A DNA stretch of 64,000 bases from Phoronis australis (GCA_002633005.1 NMRA01000198.1:194045-258044), one strand, 5' to 3'; shown: positions 23,041 through 38,900, counted from the first letter of the stretch. Numbers and translations are program-made. Notes: generated by a model from the sequence alone, not told the origin.

Positions 23041-26000
23041 TCATACGATGTAGCAAAAGGATTAATGTACCAAATTCCTTACAAGCACGCGTGTTGTTGA
23101 CAGGGTTCTGCAACACAAAAATGGCGCCTCATGAGACATGTGGCTTCACGTCCATTAGTAGTAGACTGTCCAATTTCCGTCTTCATTTGTATGTTCTTCG
23201 GACTAACGAACATTGACCAAATAGCAATTTTATTTCCCCAGCTAGGCCTCCCACTTTTACAAATATGCGTCACGGTTGATCTGTTGTTGCCACTACTTTT
23301 TCAGACAGGTTTGATATCATAGGAACTATTTCTTTCAGTTTTAAATCTCTCTAAAACACGTTACTATGCAGGCCCGTAACTAGGGGGCTTCGAAAAGTTC
23401 GATCGAGCCCTACCCGTGGAAAAGGTCCAGCCCCAGCCTCTTTGTTGATACTAGCTAGGATATAGGCCAACCTCAACAAAATTTTTGCAGCTATTCGTAG
23501 TACTAGCTACAATGATAACCAATTCTGATTCAAAGTGCTTCACGTAATCATCGATACGTACCCGGCCAGTTTCACCCGAGTGGTGTTTGTCAATGCGTAT
23601 ATGGCAGGATCGTGCAGACGATTAGAGGAGGCTTTATGTTATTCATGTACATTGAACGCACGTGGTGGCTACACCATAGGGTAACAAGGGAGTCTAGACG
23701 TAAATGTCTATGCCAAGCTTAGCTAGCGAAGGAGCGACCAAAATCCCAAAAAGAGTGCGATGTAAATGCTTTAAAATCGATCAAAAACAAAACAGCATAA
23801 AATGTGTTTGTCGTCTGCTATTTTGGTACAATTGATAGCATACTACGATCAAGTGCAGACATTTTCTAATTTTGAATGGAAAGTGATCGTCAGATATCTC
23901 GTTGATCTCGAGTCCAATTTGACTGTGGATCGGTGTATTCGCGTGTGTAAATTTCCGTTCTTTTAAATTCAGTACACGTCGACGGTAAGTTCACTATTGA
24001 CAGTCCTCAATCGTTGCTAAAAACCAGACTACCGTGTTTTCTTGCATTGAAAATCCCCGACAAGCATGTTCACATTATTAGGGAAAAGTATCTCTAAACC
24101 TAATAAAACTTGGTCAATGACTTAGGTCTTCTCTTTTCAATCAGACTGTAGATGATGCACGACCAAAATCACTATGACCAATAAGAAATTGGTTTGTAGG
24201 TCATGTGAGCTCTAAATAAGTTTTACACTTGTATTTGTCGCTCGTAATTTTAAAAGCTATAGCCAATATATTATACGAGTCCACGAGACCACCACCCATT
24301 AAATTAATACGCAGTTGATATTGTTTTTGTTATGCAAATGGTTTGTTATTCAAATGACTTGAATAAAGAGTTAGTGATTTACCACCAACATTTAGAAATG
24401 GGACTATTCGATGAATTGTCGTCGCGGTGTCGCTGCTGGTGATTGAATTGCGCATGCGTCGTTGTCTGCATGTAAACAGCTGGTAAAAAGACGAAATTGT
24501 AAACAAAGAACGTCGTTACGCTTAGCCCTATTATTGCTATTTTCCTGGGTGCAAATCCTCGACAGGTTGTCACAAATTCCCAAAAAGACCTAAGGTTATT
24601 ACAGAATTGAGGTCAAAAGGGTCAACCAAGTGACAAAAAGTGTGTGTTGATGCCGAAGCCTCATCCCCCGTATGTGCGATATGCATTTCCGTTGAGAGAC
24701 TACTTGGTAAGTTTTTAGCAATTAGTGTCTATCGACATCGTTCAGTGACGTTATCCCTACCAGTTACCCCCACTGAATTTCGAGTTTATTCAGTGGGACT
24801 AAGTGTTTCTTTTCAGAAACTCATCCGGGACCCGGATGGTAGGCTAGCAGCACATATTGTCATAGGTGGGAGTGCTCCCAATATAAGAGGTGTACGGGAC
24901 GTGCCACTCAGTCGAAGGTGACTTTTTCACAGCAGTTACTCTTCAAATATATGATATGTCCAATAAAATTATCTAGATAAGTGTTTCCTTATTTTATAGC
25001 GGACTCCACCTCCAGGACTAACGGATTAATTATCGAGATCAGAAACACACTTTAGCTGTCATGAAAAATATTTAGCCTGTTTCACATATTTTAATTCAGA
25101 TCTTAAAGAAATTTGGGTACAAAGATTATTGGATTCTACATATAAACATGAAGATGAAATGTCAAGTATATTTTGCCTTACAAAAGCAGTTTTTTCTTTA
25201 TTTTCTTTAATAATTTGCTAATATTTCTCTGACTATTCTGTTACAGGTGAGAGATGTAACTGATTGATGTAACTGTCAATGATAAGCGTATTATAAATCA
25301 TTCCAAACATTAATTATTCTGCTTTGACATATGAAACGGCCCCGAGTGTTACGTCAAGTATCGTAACAGACATCACAACAAACAATGATTAACCCGGCTG
25401 GCGACTGCTGCGAAGTCGACATTGGCCAGTACCTCAGTTAAGGCACATCGGAGTAATGTAATCATGGAATAATCGTTAAAAAATAATCACAAACTTTACT
25501 TTTTTATAAAGCCATTCTTACTCCGTCTCCTTGAAGGACTCTCTTCAATCAATCTCAAATTCCGTTGGCACGGCTGCAAGCCATATCACCATGTATTAAA
25601 GGGCTCACGAAATCGAGGCTGTTTAATCTACCACCACTTGTACACGCGCGCCCTCTAGTAATGTAAAGATTGTCGAATAGCCCCATTCTACTACATAACG
25701 CGATAAAACCGTTTTGAACCAATGTCTTTTACAATGTCATATTTCATCTGCACGCATTTTTAAGAGTAAGAGTATGAAACTTTGCTCAAATAAATGAAAA
25801 AACATGGTTATTTTAAAAAATAATATAAAAGCATTGTCAGACAACCTGCTAGATTTACAATTTGGCACATCAGTATGTACTAAAACGGACCACTTTTCAA
25901 ATGCCTGGGATGGATAGGGCAGCAAGTAAAAACATTTCGTCCAGTCTTTGATATTTTCAACCTTTTGCACTTATCTACTTTGCACATGAGATTTTACTTT

Positions 26001-26261
26001 CTGAATACTTCAGAACATACATTATGAAATTACGAATGTAAAATTACGAGCAAAAAATATTTGCGTAAAATTACGAATGTAAAACTATGAGTGAAGAATA
26101 TGAGTGTAAAAGTGCAAGCGCATAACTGCTTAGGGCTCACGTAACTAACAAACCATTTTCTCATTGGGTATAACGATTTTGTTCGTAAAATGCAAGCGAA
26201 CTCTCGGTCGTAATTACGCGCGACACTTTAACCCATACGGCCTGCGATACGTTCTGGGCCC

Positions 26262-26458
26262 CATTACATCCGAATTTGACCTGCGTTCTTTGCGAGCAAC
26301 CGTTACGCCATTTTGATTTCTGGTATTACAAATTTCGTCTTATCGCAGGAACGTAGAGTTGAGACCCCCCCTTATTAAGCTACGTCAATGGCCTTGCCCA
26401 GAACTCTACGTTTGCAAAAATATCACAGGTGAACCGTTCTAGAACTTGAACCACCCCC
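26262..26458. repeat. ~200-bp dispersed repeat, with an inverted copy at ~33005-33245
   Basis: cattacatccgaatttg...ctttgcgagcaaccgt...tttgcaaaa.tatca.aggt..accgttctagaa reappears reverse-complemented at 33.0-33.2 kb. Confidence 0.75.
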
Positions 26459-28544
26459 CTACCGACCTGCTAAGCTGCCATTTTTTAAACTATTGGCTCG
26501 CCCTTCTCAAAGGCGATCTTTTGTTGTTGCACCGGCAAAATCTGTCAACTTGTCCGCAAATAAAGGGGGGGGGTTATTTCCTTCCACCACAATGTCTTTA
26601 AGAAATTGTCATTTCTAACCAAGTTCGTAGGCAGAACTCGTCGGCATCACAAACTTTGGTCTTGTTCCCTTTGTGTGGAACATTAGCGATAGCTCCGAGG
26701 CAATAAACCACTGGCTGAAATTGTGGACTAAAACGGGTGTTTTTTTCTATCAAATTGGCTTCCGAAATTGAATTCTCCGTTATTGTCGTTTGTTTCCGAA
26801 GAAATGCGCTAAATATTAACCAAAATAGGATGTCATGGTTTCTGTTATATTTAGCAAAGAAAGTGTGTTTATTGTAATACACAGTTGGTTTATAACGTGT
26901 GAGCGCCACCAAAGATTGCAAGTACGCCGTCTGGTTTTTAATCTTATTGTGGCTAAGAACTGAATACTTAACAATAAATACTTGATACCTGATCCTGGAA
27001 ACTCCTTTCGTCTGGAATTGAAACTATACGGGTACATTTTTACTGCACCAAGAAACTACTCATTCTAAAAAAAAATGGAAAGCACATAGGGACACATTTG
27101 TCAATTTGAGCTGGCACACTTGATAGAATTTTATTTAAACAATCCGAGAAAGAAGGCGTTAAGTGTGTGAACCGTTTTCATCCGTGTGACAAATCCATGC
27201 AAATAAACTCATGAAATGTGACGTCGCTTTCGTAAAATGTAACAATGGTACATTGCTCGCATGTGCATTCGACGTAAATTATAACAATTACATAAAATTT
27301 AACAACTTTTTACGTTTTAGGAGAGGCCTAGTAACGTAAAATGTAACAATGAGGTAAAATGTAACAGTTGTTTCGTAAAATGTATAGCCCTTACGTCGTA
27401 AGAAAATGTTACATTTTACGGCGTATCAGAGCTCAAGTCATGAACCAGCATTTGCAGCATCAAATAAATCCTGAAACTTTCTTTCAAATCTTTATGTAGG
27501 TATCCATGTTTCCCGTGCTCTCCCGGTTTCCCGTCAAATACGTGGAAATTACCTACAAAAACCGAAAATTACGAATTGAATTTCAAAAAAAGCTTACAAC
27601 CATACATTACGTTCCTTCCACAACATGTTTACTTAGTGATTTGGAACTGTCCAAAGCTCAGCAACTGACCAAATGTTTTCTGTGACTCACCAGTTGTGTT
27701 TGTGGGAAGGATGTTTCAAAATAGTGTTGCCTCTTCTGTCACTCAGCACAATGCTCTGTTTACTTGCAACTTTTTGCATCCGGGTGGAAATTTGCATAGA
27801 GCTATAAAGTCGCATCTGGGTATATTATTAATTATGGTAATACATACATGCAAACTTTATTGCACTTATGGACCATAGGACAGTAATTTTACATGAAGGC
27901 GTGTTCAGCTGTTGCACATTGTGTGTGAGAAATCAACTTAAGTTAACACTTAACGAATCGTGTCGTAAGGAACGTTACTTAACATGAAAAGCTGTTCCAT
28001 ATCCAGGAGTAATGTAAATTTTTATTTGCTTAAGTCCATCTCATATATCAAATATTTGATATCATTATAAAACCGTAATGTATGAGCTTCTAGAAACATT
28101 CAGATGTTGAAATCGTGTTGTTCCGATGAAACTGAGAAGAAAGTCTGGACGCTTATAGCCACGTGTATGCCAAGGACCACTGTCAAAGGAGGCTTATCTT
28201 TTATCATTTACATCGCATGAAAATATACAGTTCCTGTGAATGCACACTTTACCATACAATTCGACATTTACGTTTGGTTAATTCTGCACTTTTGACATAC
28301 ACAGGCATACACACGCACGCACTCCCGCATACACACACACTCGAATGCACATAGGTGCGTCTGTCTGTAATCAATTTTATCACTAAACTTCATAGAACCA
28401 GTAGCACGACTAGCCTTGGTACAAAGCTGTATACTAAATATACAGCTTGGCGCCGATGTGGGTAAAAAAGGGGTAAGAAAACATGTGACACAAAATTAGT
28501 GTCATTAAAAACTACACACTTATTTGAGTAAATAAAATTATTTT

Positions 28545-28790
28545 CTGGTTTTGGAAAACTTGGCGTTCTACCGTTATTCTGCTGCTAAAGTTGTGGACCG
28601 ATCTTCTGCGTTGGCTTTCGGCGCTATGAAATATTGCGTCACCTATTGGTCAGTTTGTTTTTTCGCCAATTCTTCAATCAACTGTTGTTCTTTCACGAGG
28701 TTGCGTACACGTCACAACAAATTATCGGAACCTGTTTCACTTCATTACAAGTTTTTAGAATTTTGATACCGAAAAAAACGAATTTTGGAA
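28545..28790 (+). repeat. Dispersed repeat, with a direct copy at ~34065-34230
   Basis: Shared 'aaaa.ttggcgttctac.gtta.t.tgctgctaaa' and 'attgcgtcacctattgg'. 'gacgatagtcttcatacagctagc' also occurs at both 29163 and 34293. Confidence 0.7.
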
Positions 28791-29996
28791 GATATTTTGC
28801 TGCTGCCAAGCTATCATCATCTCCTGAGAGATGTCGCAAAAATTTAGGAAATGGCGCGTGCGCGTATCACGAGAGTACTGTTTTCAAAACGGCGACTTAA
28901 CTTTTCTTTGTTATAAAGGGCGGAGGATTACGCAAGAAAATGACGTTTATTGGATTGTTTTCCATATAAACTTCTGTAACGGAAAGGTGAGTGTAGTATG
29001 ATTCTCAGATTTTGCGTGCACCCCGTCCGGTCTTTAGCTCTACGTGTTGATAAAGGTTTCACGGCGAGTTGACGAGCAGAACTACCCTGGCTGTGTGCAA
29101 TTTCGGGGTCTATGGAAGAAAAATACACAATGGTACCTAGCCTTGAATACTAAATGTATTTTGACGATAGTCTTCATACAGCTAGCCGGCTGGTTATAGC
29201 ACGACATGATAAACGGTGACAGAACAGCCCAGGCGACAAAATGAATATTTGTTAAACTTCCACTCTTAAAAATCTGAGAGAATGACCCAGAATTCCTTGT
29301 CCTGACAACTGGTCAGAAGCCAAAATCAATGTCGGATTAATCTTCCCTCGTGACTGGGATGAAGGCAAATTTACATGGAAGTTACGAAATAACTAAGCCA
29401 TACTTCAGTCGTTATAGTTATAGCAAGTCTTTTTACTATTAACAGAATTAGATATGTGATATCTTTACTTTCGTTTAAAGGTAGCTCTGATTTTGTCCAG
29501 GTTTCGGCGATTCTCGTGAAATTATGCAGTGGCATACTAACTTCCGGGCATTGCTTTCAAGCAAATGTGATACCACTAAGACTTGCACTAACGAAGTATA
29601 GTTTCATTGGTTGGGTTCCAGTATTTAAAAAGATCATGAATACTGTTTCAGAAGTGCCGCCCAGAGCTGGTTTTGAGACCTGTCACTCATTAGCAAATGT
29701 AGCACTCATGAGATGTAAAAGTTTAATGAATTATCACACTGATTTATTGTGACATGAACTGGTTTCTGTACGTTTCCTCTTTTTGCGTCGCGCAAGGCAA
29801 TTGCAACGCTGGCTGATTCAGCAGATTGTTCGAAAAGTTTTCAGATGTGTCCTACTCTTTGGAATGTATGTAATCATGTCTGTATTTATTGTTTGTGGCA
29901 CCCTGTGAACATCTACAGTTAATAAAATATCAGACTGAGTGCACTTTACAAAGTGCTCATAAGATACACCTGTAACTGAAAGAGACAGAGGGAAAC

Positions 29997-32900
29997 ATGG
30001 CCGCTTCAGTTATTGTTGCTGCGAGTTTGATCCTCGCGTTTGCATTGAGCACGGACGCCTTCTTACGGAGTGAGTATGGATAGAAAATTATCTGACAGGT
30101 TGTCTTAACATCGATAAAAATAGCTTCACAGAAAAAATGAGATACTTTGTTCTATGTGGAAACTTGGCCTTCCTACGAGCGATTCGTGAGACAGAATTTT
30201 TATAGGATTCGTCAAGTTGTGTATGCTTTGCTTCAATCCCAGGGATGTCGACAATGATATGGGGAATGTCCAGGGACCATTCTTCAAAGTCTTGGAGCAA
30301 TTTTAGTGGTTGATTGAGAATAGCAGAGGTTGATGTTTCTGCGGAAGTGCCTTGATGAGGTGGTTTGGGCTCTGCCTCTTGATGCCGTTTTTGGTCCGGG
30401 GTTGGAGTTTGGAGTGCAGTGGATGTGAGGGAAGCCGCTTTATATTTTCACCCTGTCTCAGGAATTTCTCATCCCGTCTCTCCTTCAATGGGCTTAAGCC
30501 CGCCGTCTTCTCCATTTCCGTGATAGGGGTGGTCTTCATGCCTCCTGTGGTTAAGCGCAGACCAGTATTCTAGACCCTGGCTAAGTTGTCTGTGTTGGTT
30601 TTGGCAGCTGTAGACCATGCGTTAGAGGCGTACTCCACCTGTGGTCTGACATATCCCGTGTAAACTTGGGTCAAGATCTTCATGTTTGCACCCCAACTGG
30701 TACCAGCATGTTTCTTCATCACAGCTTTTTCCTTAGTAACTTTGCTGCGCATAGCAGCAATGTGAGGGGAACAAGTAAGCCTCTTGTCGAGTTTAACCCC
30801 AAGGTTGGTTGGGGTTTCTTGGTGGGGAATATTGTGGCCTTCTAGATGGATCGAGAACTCTTCTTTTTTGGGAGAAAGGGAAAAGCACGTGGCCTCTGTT
30901 TTGGTCCTGTTGATCGTGACCTCCCACACTTTTACCCAGTTTAGGATGATGTTCATGGCTTCCTGCATTCTGTACGCTGCTGTGGTGATGTATTCTGCTT
31001 TTGTCCATACAGCCAGGTCATCTGCATGGAGAGTCCTTGAGTTGTGCATGGACAGGTGGTCAGCAATGTCATCAATAAAGACAACAAAGAGTGCCGTCGA
31101 TATTATGCTGCCCTGGGGTAGTACTTCTCTAGTCCTAATCAGCTTGCTTGTCTGTCCTTCCAGCTTTACTGGCGCAGATATGTGGAAGAGGTAACTGTTA
31201 ATCCACGCATACATTTTGCCACACATGTTTTTGGAGAAACTTGAGGAGCAGGCCTTCCTTCCAGACCTAGTCAAAGGCTTTAGTTAGGTCCAAAAAGACG
31301 GCTAGTGTCCTCATTTTCTGCTTAAAGCCATTTTAAGTCTTGGGTGGCCAGTGTGATCTGGTCCTCTGTGCTTCTGTTCTTTTTGAACCCTGACTGCGTG
31401 GGGTTAATTAGCCTGTTGTTTTCAAGGTGATATTGCAGGCGTTTATTGACCATGCGTTCCATGAGTTTGCCTGGACAGATGAAAAGGCTGATGGGGCGAT
31501 AGCTGCTCTTTCTGTGTCTGTCCTTCCCCTTATTTAAGATTGGAATGATTATGGCTTCCTTCCAGCTGACTGGAAAAAACCCCAAGCTCCAAGACTGGTT
31601 GTAAATGTCCAGAAGCTTCTGTTTGGAGAGACTGCCAAGGTGTTGAATCATCTCATTGCGGATGCCGTCCTTTCCGGGTGCTTTCTTGGTCTTGAGTTGT
31701 CTGATGGAACTGTTTAGTTCTTGCATGGTGAAGTCGTTAGTCATGCTGGCAGTTTGTTGTTCTTGCGTCTTTCTTGGTTCCTATAGTTTCTTTGTTCGGA
31801 CTTCTGCTGTTTTCTGCCTGGGAATGTCCAGGAGACTGTCATCTCTAAAATTCTCAGCAAGCACGGATGCGGCTCTTCTCACAGTGCAAGTCTGTCCATT
31901 TTCTTTTAGGAGCGTTGCTCTCGGGGTACATTGGTGGTGGTCGTTTAGGGTCTTTGTGAGCTGCCACATTTTCCCTGTGTCTTTCTCCATGTTTAGAGAG
32001 CTGGTCTTTTCATGAGAGGACTTGAGGATATCTGTTGTCTTTTCCTCATCAAATGCAGCTCTTGCTTGGTTTTAGATTGCTGTGTTTTCCGGGGTTGGGA
32101 CTTTTTCAAGTTGCTGTCTGCTTAGTGTTACTTGGTCATGGAGACTTTACACGTGGTCACTCCAATATGGTTTGTGGTCTCTTTGTCTTCCCCTTGGAAT
32201 GCTCTGGCATGCTGCCTGGAGGATGCAGTTTGAAATCCGCCTGACATTGATATTGATGTCTTGCTTTGAGTCAATGGTGGTTTTTCTGCAGAGTGTGTCT
32301 GTCAGTTTTTTAAACTTCATCCAGTTTGCCTTTTTGTAGTTCCAGCTAGGCTCGTTTCTTGTGACAGAGGGTTGCTCAAGTAGTGAGATCTTAAGTAGGA
32401 CTGGTAGGTGGTCACTCCCTCCTAACTGGTTTGCGGCAATCCTGTTACATGTTTTCTGGCTATGACAAGGTCTGGAGTGCTTGTCGTCTTCCAAGCTCAG
32501 GACAAGCAGGTTGGCTTATCGCCCGGCTTGTGGATAAGGATGAGACAGTTGTCAGTCATGAAGTCTTCAATTTGTTCTCCTGTACTGTTCATGTCTTTAT
32601 ATCCCCAGCTTGGTGAGTGACCATTAAAATCCCCTAAGATGAGTAGGTATTGATTTGACAGGGGAAGAGTGTGGAGTTGCTGGTCTTTGTCAAGTGAGCA
32701 GTAGCAGTTGATGATGATTTCTGTCCCTTGGAGTACAATTTTCACTGCTATAAATTCGTTTTTCCCACAAACCTCCCAACGTCTATCGTTGGGATGGTGT
32801 TCCGTAAGAGGGAGAGAATGTCTTCCTTAGAACGGTTGATTCTGTCATGTCGGAAGAGCTCGTAACCTCTGATTAGGAAGCGATGAGCATCTGTAAGGTG

Positions 32901-35900
32901 CGTCTTATACATTCCATTAGTTAGCCCATTTCCTTCCCAGATGTTTATTCTAGAGATCTTTCTACATCAATGTGTTTCTAGGCCTGTACCCAGAATTGAG
33001 CGAAGGGTGGTTCCAATTTCTAGAACGGTGGACCTTTGATATTTTGCAAACGTCGATATTGTAGTAAGAGTTTCCGGTAAGGCCTTTGGCGCAGCTAAAT
33101 TAGGGGAAGAGAAATCGCAGTATACAAGACGATTACTCTCAACTCTATGTTCCTTAGATGAGACGGAACTTTTAATACCAGAAATGAGGATGCTGTTACG
33201 GTTGCTCGCAAAGAATGGGACACAAATTCGGATGTAATGTGGTCCAGCAAGAGAACGTTTACGTGTTACCTCCTACCAAAATTTCAAATCAGACATACTT
33301 AAATGAGTGGTTTCACCTCATTACATACTCGGACGGAAATATAAAGTTTAGTTGGAGAATGGCTTGACCAAATTATTTATCTGGTTCATGACTTAACTCC
33401 TACTCTCCAAGTTTACAAAATCACCCAAGGGAAGTTTGAACTTCATACGAATGCATGAAGCTTCTGCATAGTGTAGCTGTATCACACAATTCTATATAAA
33501 ACACGTCTTACACTGCAGTGCAGTACGATTTTTTTTTGTGTATACTGTTTAATGTTGTTGTGGTGTACTGATATTTCGTTCTCGTCTACATGTAGCGACC
33601 TCCAGAACTGACCGGATGTTTGACAACTGGAGCCAACTGAGAGGTAATTGTTTTTTGTTTCGAACTTTTTTCGGCATTCACGTACCACCGTTTTCGTGAC
33701 TGCACAGTTGTTAATGCAAGACCATATATTATATAAAATGCATCTTTTGCAAAACTCCGTCTACCCCGCTCCACTATAGACCTTCGTTGCGCCAGTTTCG
33801 GCACCGCCTTGGTCCCAGGTATTGCACCTGTCCCCTATTTGGATTAGAGGTGTTCTATTTTTTCTCGTGGCCCGTTTTTTTCGCGGACGCGGAAGGAGGG
33901 CGGCCAGTTTCGTATTGGCCTTGGTGACGTCAGTCCGTCGGCTTAAGTCCCTCCCTCCGGCTTCTGTCGCGTATATAATTTTCAGGGCTTGTCGCCGCCA
34001 AAATTAAAGGTGCCTCATTAAAAAAATTGTTTCTCCTTCAGTAAACTAAATTATTTACCGGCGTTGAAAAATTGGCGTTCTACAGTTACTGTGCTGCTAA
34101 AATTGCGGGTCGACTTTCGGCGTCATTGCGTCACCTATTGGCCAATTTCCATACATGCCATAACAATCGGAATGGTTTCATTTCGTTACAAGTAGATAAT
34201 ATTTTAATACCAGAAAACCCAATTTCAGAACACACTCTCGACAGATTCAGCAAGCACCCTTGCAGGTCGTTAGCTCTGTATATAAGTTTCACGACGATAG
34301 TCTTCATACAGCTAGCTGGCTTTCTACTTCAGTATATACATTTGTGATGCAACTTCTGTAAATACATTGATATACTTTGTATTCTATACAGTAATGCATA
34401 CTTAGTTTTCGTTTTAAAGAATATGTCATTACTGTACTTTGTGTTCTGGCAAGAAATTTATACTGCGTGGGGAAAATGTGACAGTGACAGAAATCCTGAT
34501 TGAAGCTTTGAACACGATGTCTTCAATCAAGTATTCCTTTCTCCTGCGATGAACACTAATATTCACTGTTATGTGTACCTATTTTCCCTCGGCGTTTCAC
34601 TGTCACTTCTTTCCTAACTTGAAAAGGGTTTCTAATTTGAGTAATGTACAGTGATTAGTGGTCAGAGGTGAGTTCTTTGCACAGAAAGTTGGTTTATAGT
34701 AGATACGGGTACATGTATCTGCTGTCGAACAAGTGACTTGCAAACCACATAATATCCAATGAAAATCATTTTACTTCGATCACATTTCCTTGAACATTGT
34801 CAAATCTGCAAATGTTGTGTAGTGTCACCGAAATTCCTCTCGCTAAACGTTCAAGCGATAACAAATATCAGCTTGTAGTTTGCAGCTTTTAAAAGACACG
34901 TATCATCTTCCAGTGTGGGGCTGATGTGGGAGCAGTTGAGTACATTTTGTAGAAAAATAGAATTAAATTCCTTTGGCGACATTAAGAAATGGCGTTATTT
35001 AAAGCGACAATAAATCCCTGCTTTCTACCAAAAGGTTTTCATTTAGGTCACTTATGAAGCTGGCCTGTTCATGTTCCTTTCTCAGTGTAAACGTTATCCT
35101 TGCAGTCGGGAAGCACAGAAAGTTGATTATTTTTTTCAGACCAACTCACGCCGTGATTTGAACTTTCATGAGCTTCGAGACTACGTCCGTAACTGTAATG
35201 GCCCTAAACCAAAACATTGAATGTACCTTTCTTAACAACACATTAATGGTATCGAGTTAAATTTGACTTTTAAAGGCTTTCATTTGCCAGAATTATAAAT
35301 ATACTTTCACAGAATAAAGGTATTTAGCTCTCAAGTTATTTAGCTTAATGCACTACATTCTAACCTTAAAAATAGACTAACCTAATGTAGAACACATCAT
35401 CTTCCTTTCTAATCGAATGCAATGACGTTCGTCAGAAATGTTAGTCTTTTCTCACGAACCACATTTTGTTTCTGTACTACAATTATGCCCTTCCGTCCCT
35501 TTCATCACGAACGTAGTATTGCTCAGTGTTGTCACAGTAATAATCCCGTGCTTATTTTGATGTTGGAGAGTGGGAAAATGTGGTTGATGAAGCAAGTCGA
35601 ACTTCTTTGTGAATTTGGCTAGATCACGCCAAACCACACAAAATCGCGCGGGTGAAAGGCAACGCCAGTACGATCAAAACCTTACCTCCGTGAATTAGCA
35701 TAATTGCGACCACTAAGTGGTTGGTCGGCGAGCATAAAACGTAGAAAAGTGAATACATGGAAGCAGACTATAGTGTAGTCGATTTCTCTTGCATAACACA
35801 AGGTTTCTCGCCGCCGTGCCTCGCAAGGGCTTTGTAATGGAACGTTTCTCATGTAAACACAATGGCGAGAACAGAATTTCGGTGCATGAAGACAAAAAAC

Positions 35901-38900
35901 ACGTTTGTTTGCTAAAAAATGTGTTGGTAAAAGAGTCTGTTTATACGGCCTTTCTTGTGACCTCTCTGGCGGAGGAAGGTTGTCCATCACGGAATAGATC
36001 TTTGAAATATGACGAGTACGAGCAAAACAAATAACGTTGTTGTTTTGTTACAGTCAGAATTCCTTATTTCTACACCATGCCAAGGACAATAGAAGACGCA
36101 GTATCTGCCGGATGGAGAAAAATTGACAACTGTTCCAGTAAGTATCTTCAGAGGAACACAGGCAAAGTGTTTTCAGGGAAACACAGGGAGAATTATATAG
36201 TAACATTGTCAGACAATTTGCATTGGTTTTGGATTGTTGGCACTTGAAACTAAACAGTATTTTACAAGCATTCACAAGCATTAGATTCTTTCAACATGTG
36301 TACTTTATTTTAAACGACAAATAAAATCAGAACTCACTTTTCATTAAACGGTGTACTGTGGTGTTACCGTTTTCGACGTTCAGCTATTGTTAGCGTGTGA
36401 AGTTGTTTCCAACCTTTGTTGTTTTTTGGTCTGTTCATGGTTATGTCCGTTATTGCAAAAATGGTTAGAAACCCTTGTACATTTAACTACTCAATCCTCC
36501 TTTTAGCCAGCCTGAAGTTCCGTGGTAACCGTTACGTGAAGCAAGATGACATACCAATCATGCTCCTGTTTGCCAACGAGGGTCGACTGGCCGGTATGCA
36601 AATAGCAGTAAGTGAGATGCGTTCTTACATTTACAGCGAATGTAAACAATGACTCTGTTTGGAGTTTCCACCAACAGGGTCCTAAATGCAAAAGGCCCAT
36701 GCCATGTTTACTAGTTGTTTAGTCGATTGTCTTCGCTAGCAAATGGAAATTAATTAGTGCATCACCTGATAACAACAAACCTCTCGCGTTAGCTCATTTT
36801 AACCGTGTGTACTACATTTACACTCTTTACTACAAACGTAAGCGACAGGTCAGTGAGCATTTTGCTCGATGTGTGCGGTTAACTTGCATCGAGCTATGAG
36901 CAGAACTATAATCCATTTGAGAACGTAGCCTCACCTAATTGTTAGCTACCCAGATGTTTCATTCAAATACACGCAAACTAGACATTGAGTCTAAACCAAG
37001 TACACAGATTCTTTTTTCATGCGTGTTTAATCATCAAGTCGTATTAAGAGATACATTTGCAACAAAGCAAACATCCTCCACAACGTTTTACGTTCTGCAT
37101 TTTCCGTTTATAGGCTTCCGTTTCAAAAAGTTGGCATTGGCTTATTTGCGCGGCACCACAAAGGTAAAAATGTACCGTTTTCTAAATGTTCGGGCTACTA
37201 CTATCGTTATTTAACGGAACAACCAGGACGAGAAATACTTCGACATCACGTCCAGAAATGTTTTTGTCTGCCCATACTTTGTGAGTGTGCCCAGAGTTAT
37301 ATGATGACACTTGACTTTTCTCAATTTCTAACTGCTGGTTTATGACCCTTAGTCCCATTATATTGTTTGCCCAGCTGAATTAACGAAGCAAAATAAGGCT
37401 GTCGACTACTTTCTAGTTAAAGTCACATTTCTTGTCCAATGTTCAACTTTCAAAATCATAATCCCGTGTACTTTTCCGTAACTACTCAACTAGTTTTGCA
37501 CTCTTTAAAAACTTCAAAATTAAATACTATTGTTGCCCCCTGTGTTTACATCCGTGTTGGTCATGGGCAATTTCGCGCCTGATTATCCATGTTAGTCTCC
37601 GCAGAACGATACCATGTACTGAAGCTAGATGGTTTCTTGATAACAGTGGCGGATTTTAAGGTCAACGAACCGGCCGAAATGCTCAAACTCTACCGGTAAG
37701 GCTGTCAGCGTAGGATTTCTTTTTCATGGTGTAGAAAAAGATAGGGAATGACGTACCAAATTTGCGTGTTTGTAACTATCGTACCGTGGTAAAATTTGTT
37801 CATTTTGAGAAATATCTATAACCTTGTGGAGCTTTTATATTCGGCAACTGTCCATTGTGGGTATCTATGGCAGATTCTTCCACTGCTATTTTCTAGATCC
37901 CCAAGGACAGTGCCCCTACCGGTGACCTGAGATCTTATTTTATTGAAGAAGCACGCTCGTTCACAGCCACGGCTTACTTTGTCGATCCAGGTAATACAGT
38001 AACATTACATGTTCATTCAAAGTACTTCTCAAACTGATAATACCGTTCCACAGACAATGACAGATTCATAACGATAATTGGCTGGGATGATGTTGATGAT
38101 GATGAGGTAGATTACACTGACAAGAAGAAAGAGGTGACTGTCACGATATTACCGCCTTCCATGATTACGGTGACTTTATCGATGGTGCGATCATCTCTAA
38201 TAGTGATGACGGTGATGGCGGTTCACTAAGTATTAAGAAGAAGTGTGACGGTCTTTTAGTATCTGACAGTTATTTGAATTATTTTAGAAACAATTGACAA
38301 ATGTTCACTGGATTCAACGAAACATTGTACGGATTTGTAGTTTCCCTTTGCTCATATTAATATTGGTGTTTCTAGAAACCATCTGCACTGACAAGGAGAC
38401 GAAGTTCCCCGACATGTTGAGGTTTCAACGTGGCCAATATTCTGGTGACAATTTTATCGAAGCACCAATGAACGAGACGGACATTAGTAACGTAGCTTAT
38501 CCATGGGAAAAGGGAAAGTGCTCCTACTGGATGGGTAAGTACACTTTTTCACGGTGCTACGAAAGATAGACCTGTGGAATGTAGTTTATCATGGCTTTTC
38601 ATTGGTTAAAGTAATGAAACTGACGTTATAACATTCAGTCATTCCCATTGGTTGAACTCTGGGAAACCCCTTTCGGTTTACTGTTACGTATTATGGCGAC
38701 GACCTTTGACTTGAATAGTTGTAATTTATTGAAACGGGCAGTGATCGAAGTAAACAAAATGAAGGGAATGCCGACCCCGTGGCTAAGCCCAAACAAGTAC
38801 AGTGCACAGAAAGCGTGTGCAAGTGGTAGCGATATGATCGATAAACCACCGACCAAGCATGCACATTGATACCCACACACGGAATTTCTTGTGTTGTTCA

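Noticed and set aside
26027-27420. Short motif clusters (aaattacga.tgtaa; cgtaaaatgtaaca)
   Set aside because: Short AT-rich iterations typical of MITE interiors, with no definable ends or further structure.
12533-29900. Upstream exons 1-3 of ENPP copy B
   Set aside because: I found no DGFR, HGIVGN or PGSEV-like sequence by eye. They are presumed deleted, but tBLASTn is needed to confirm.
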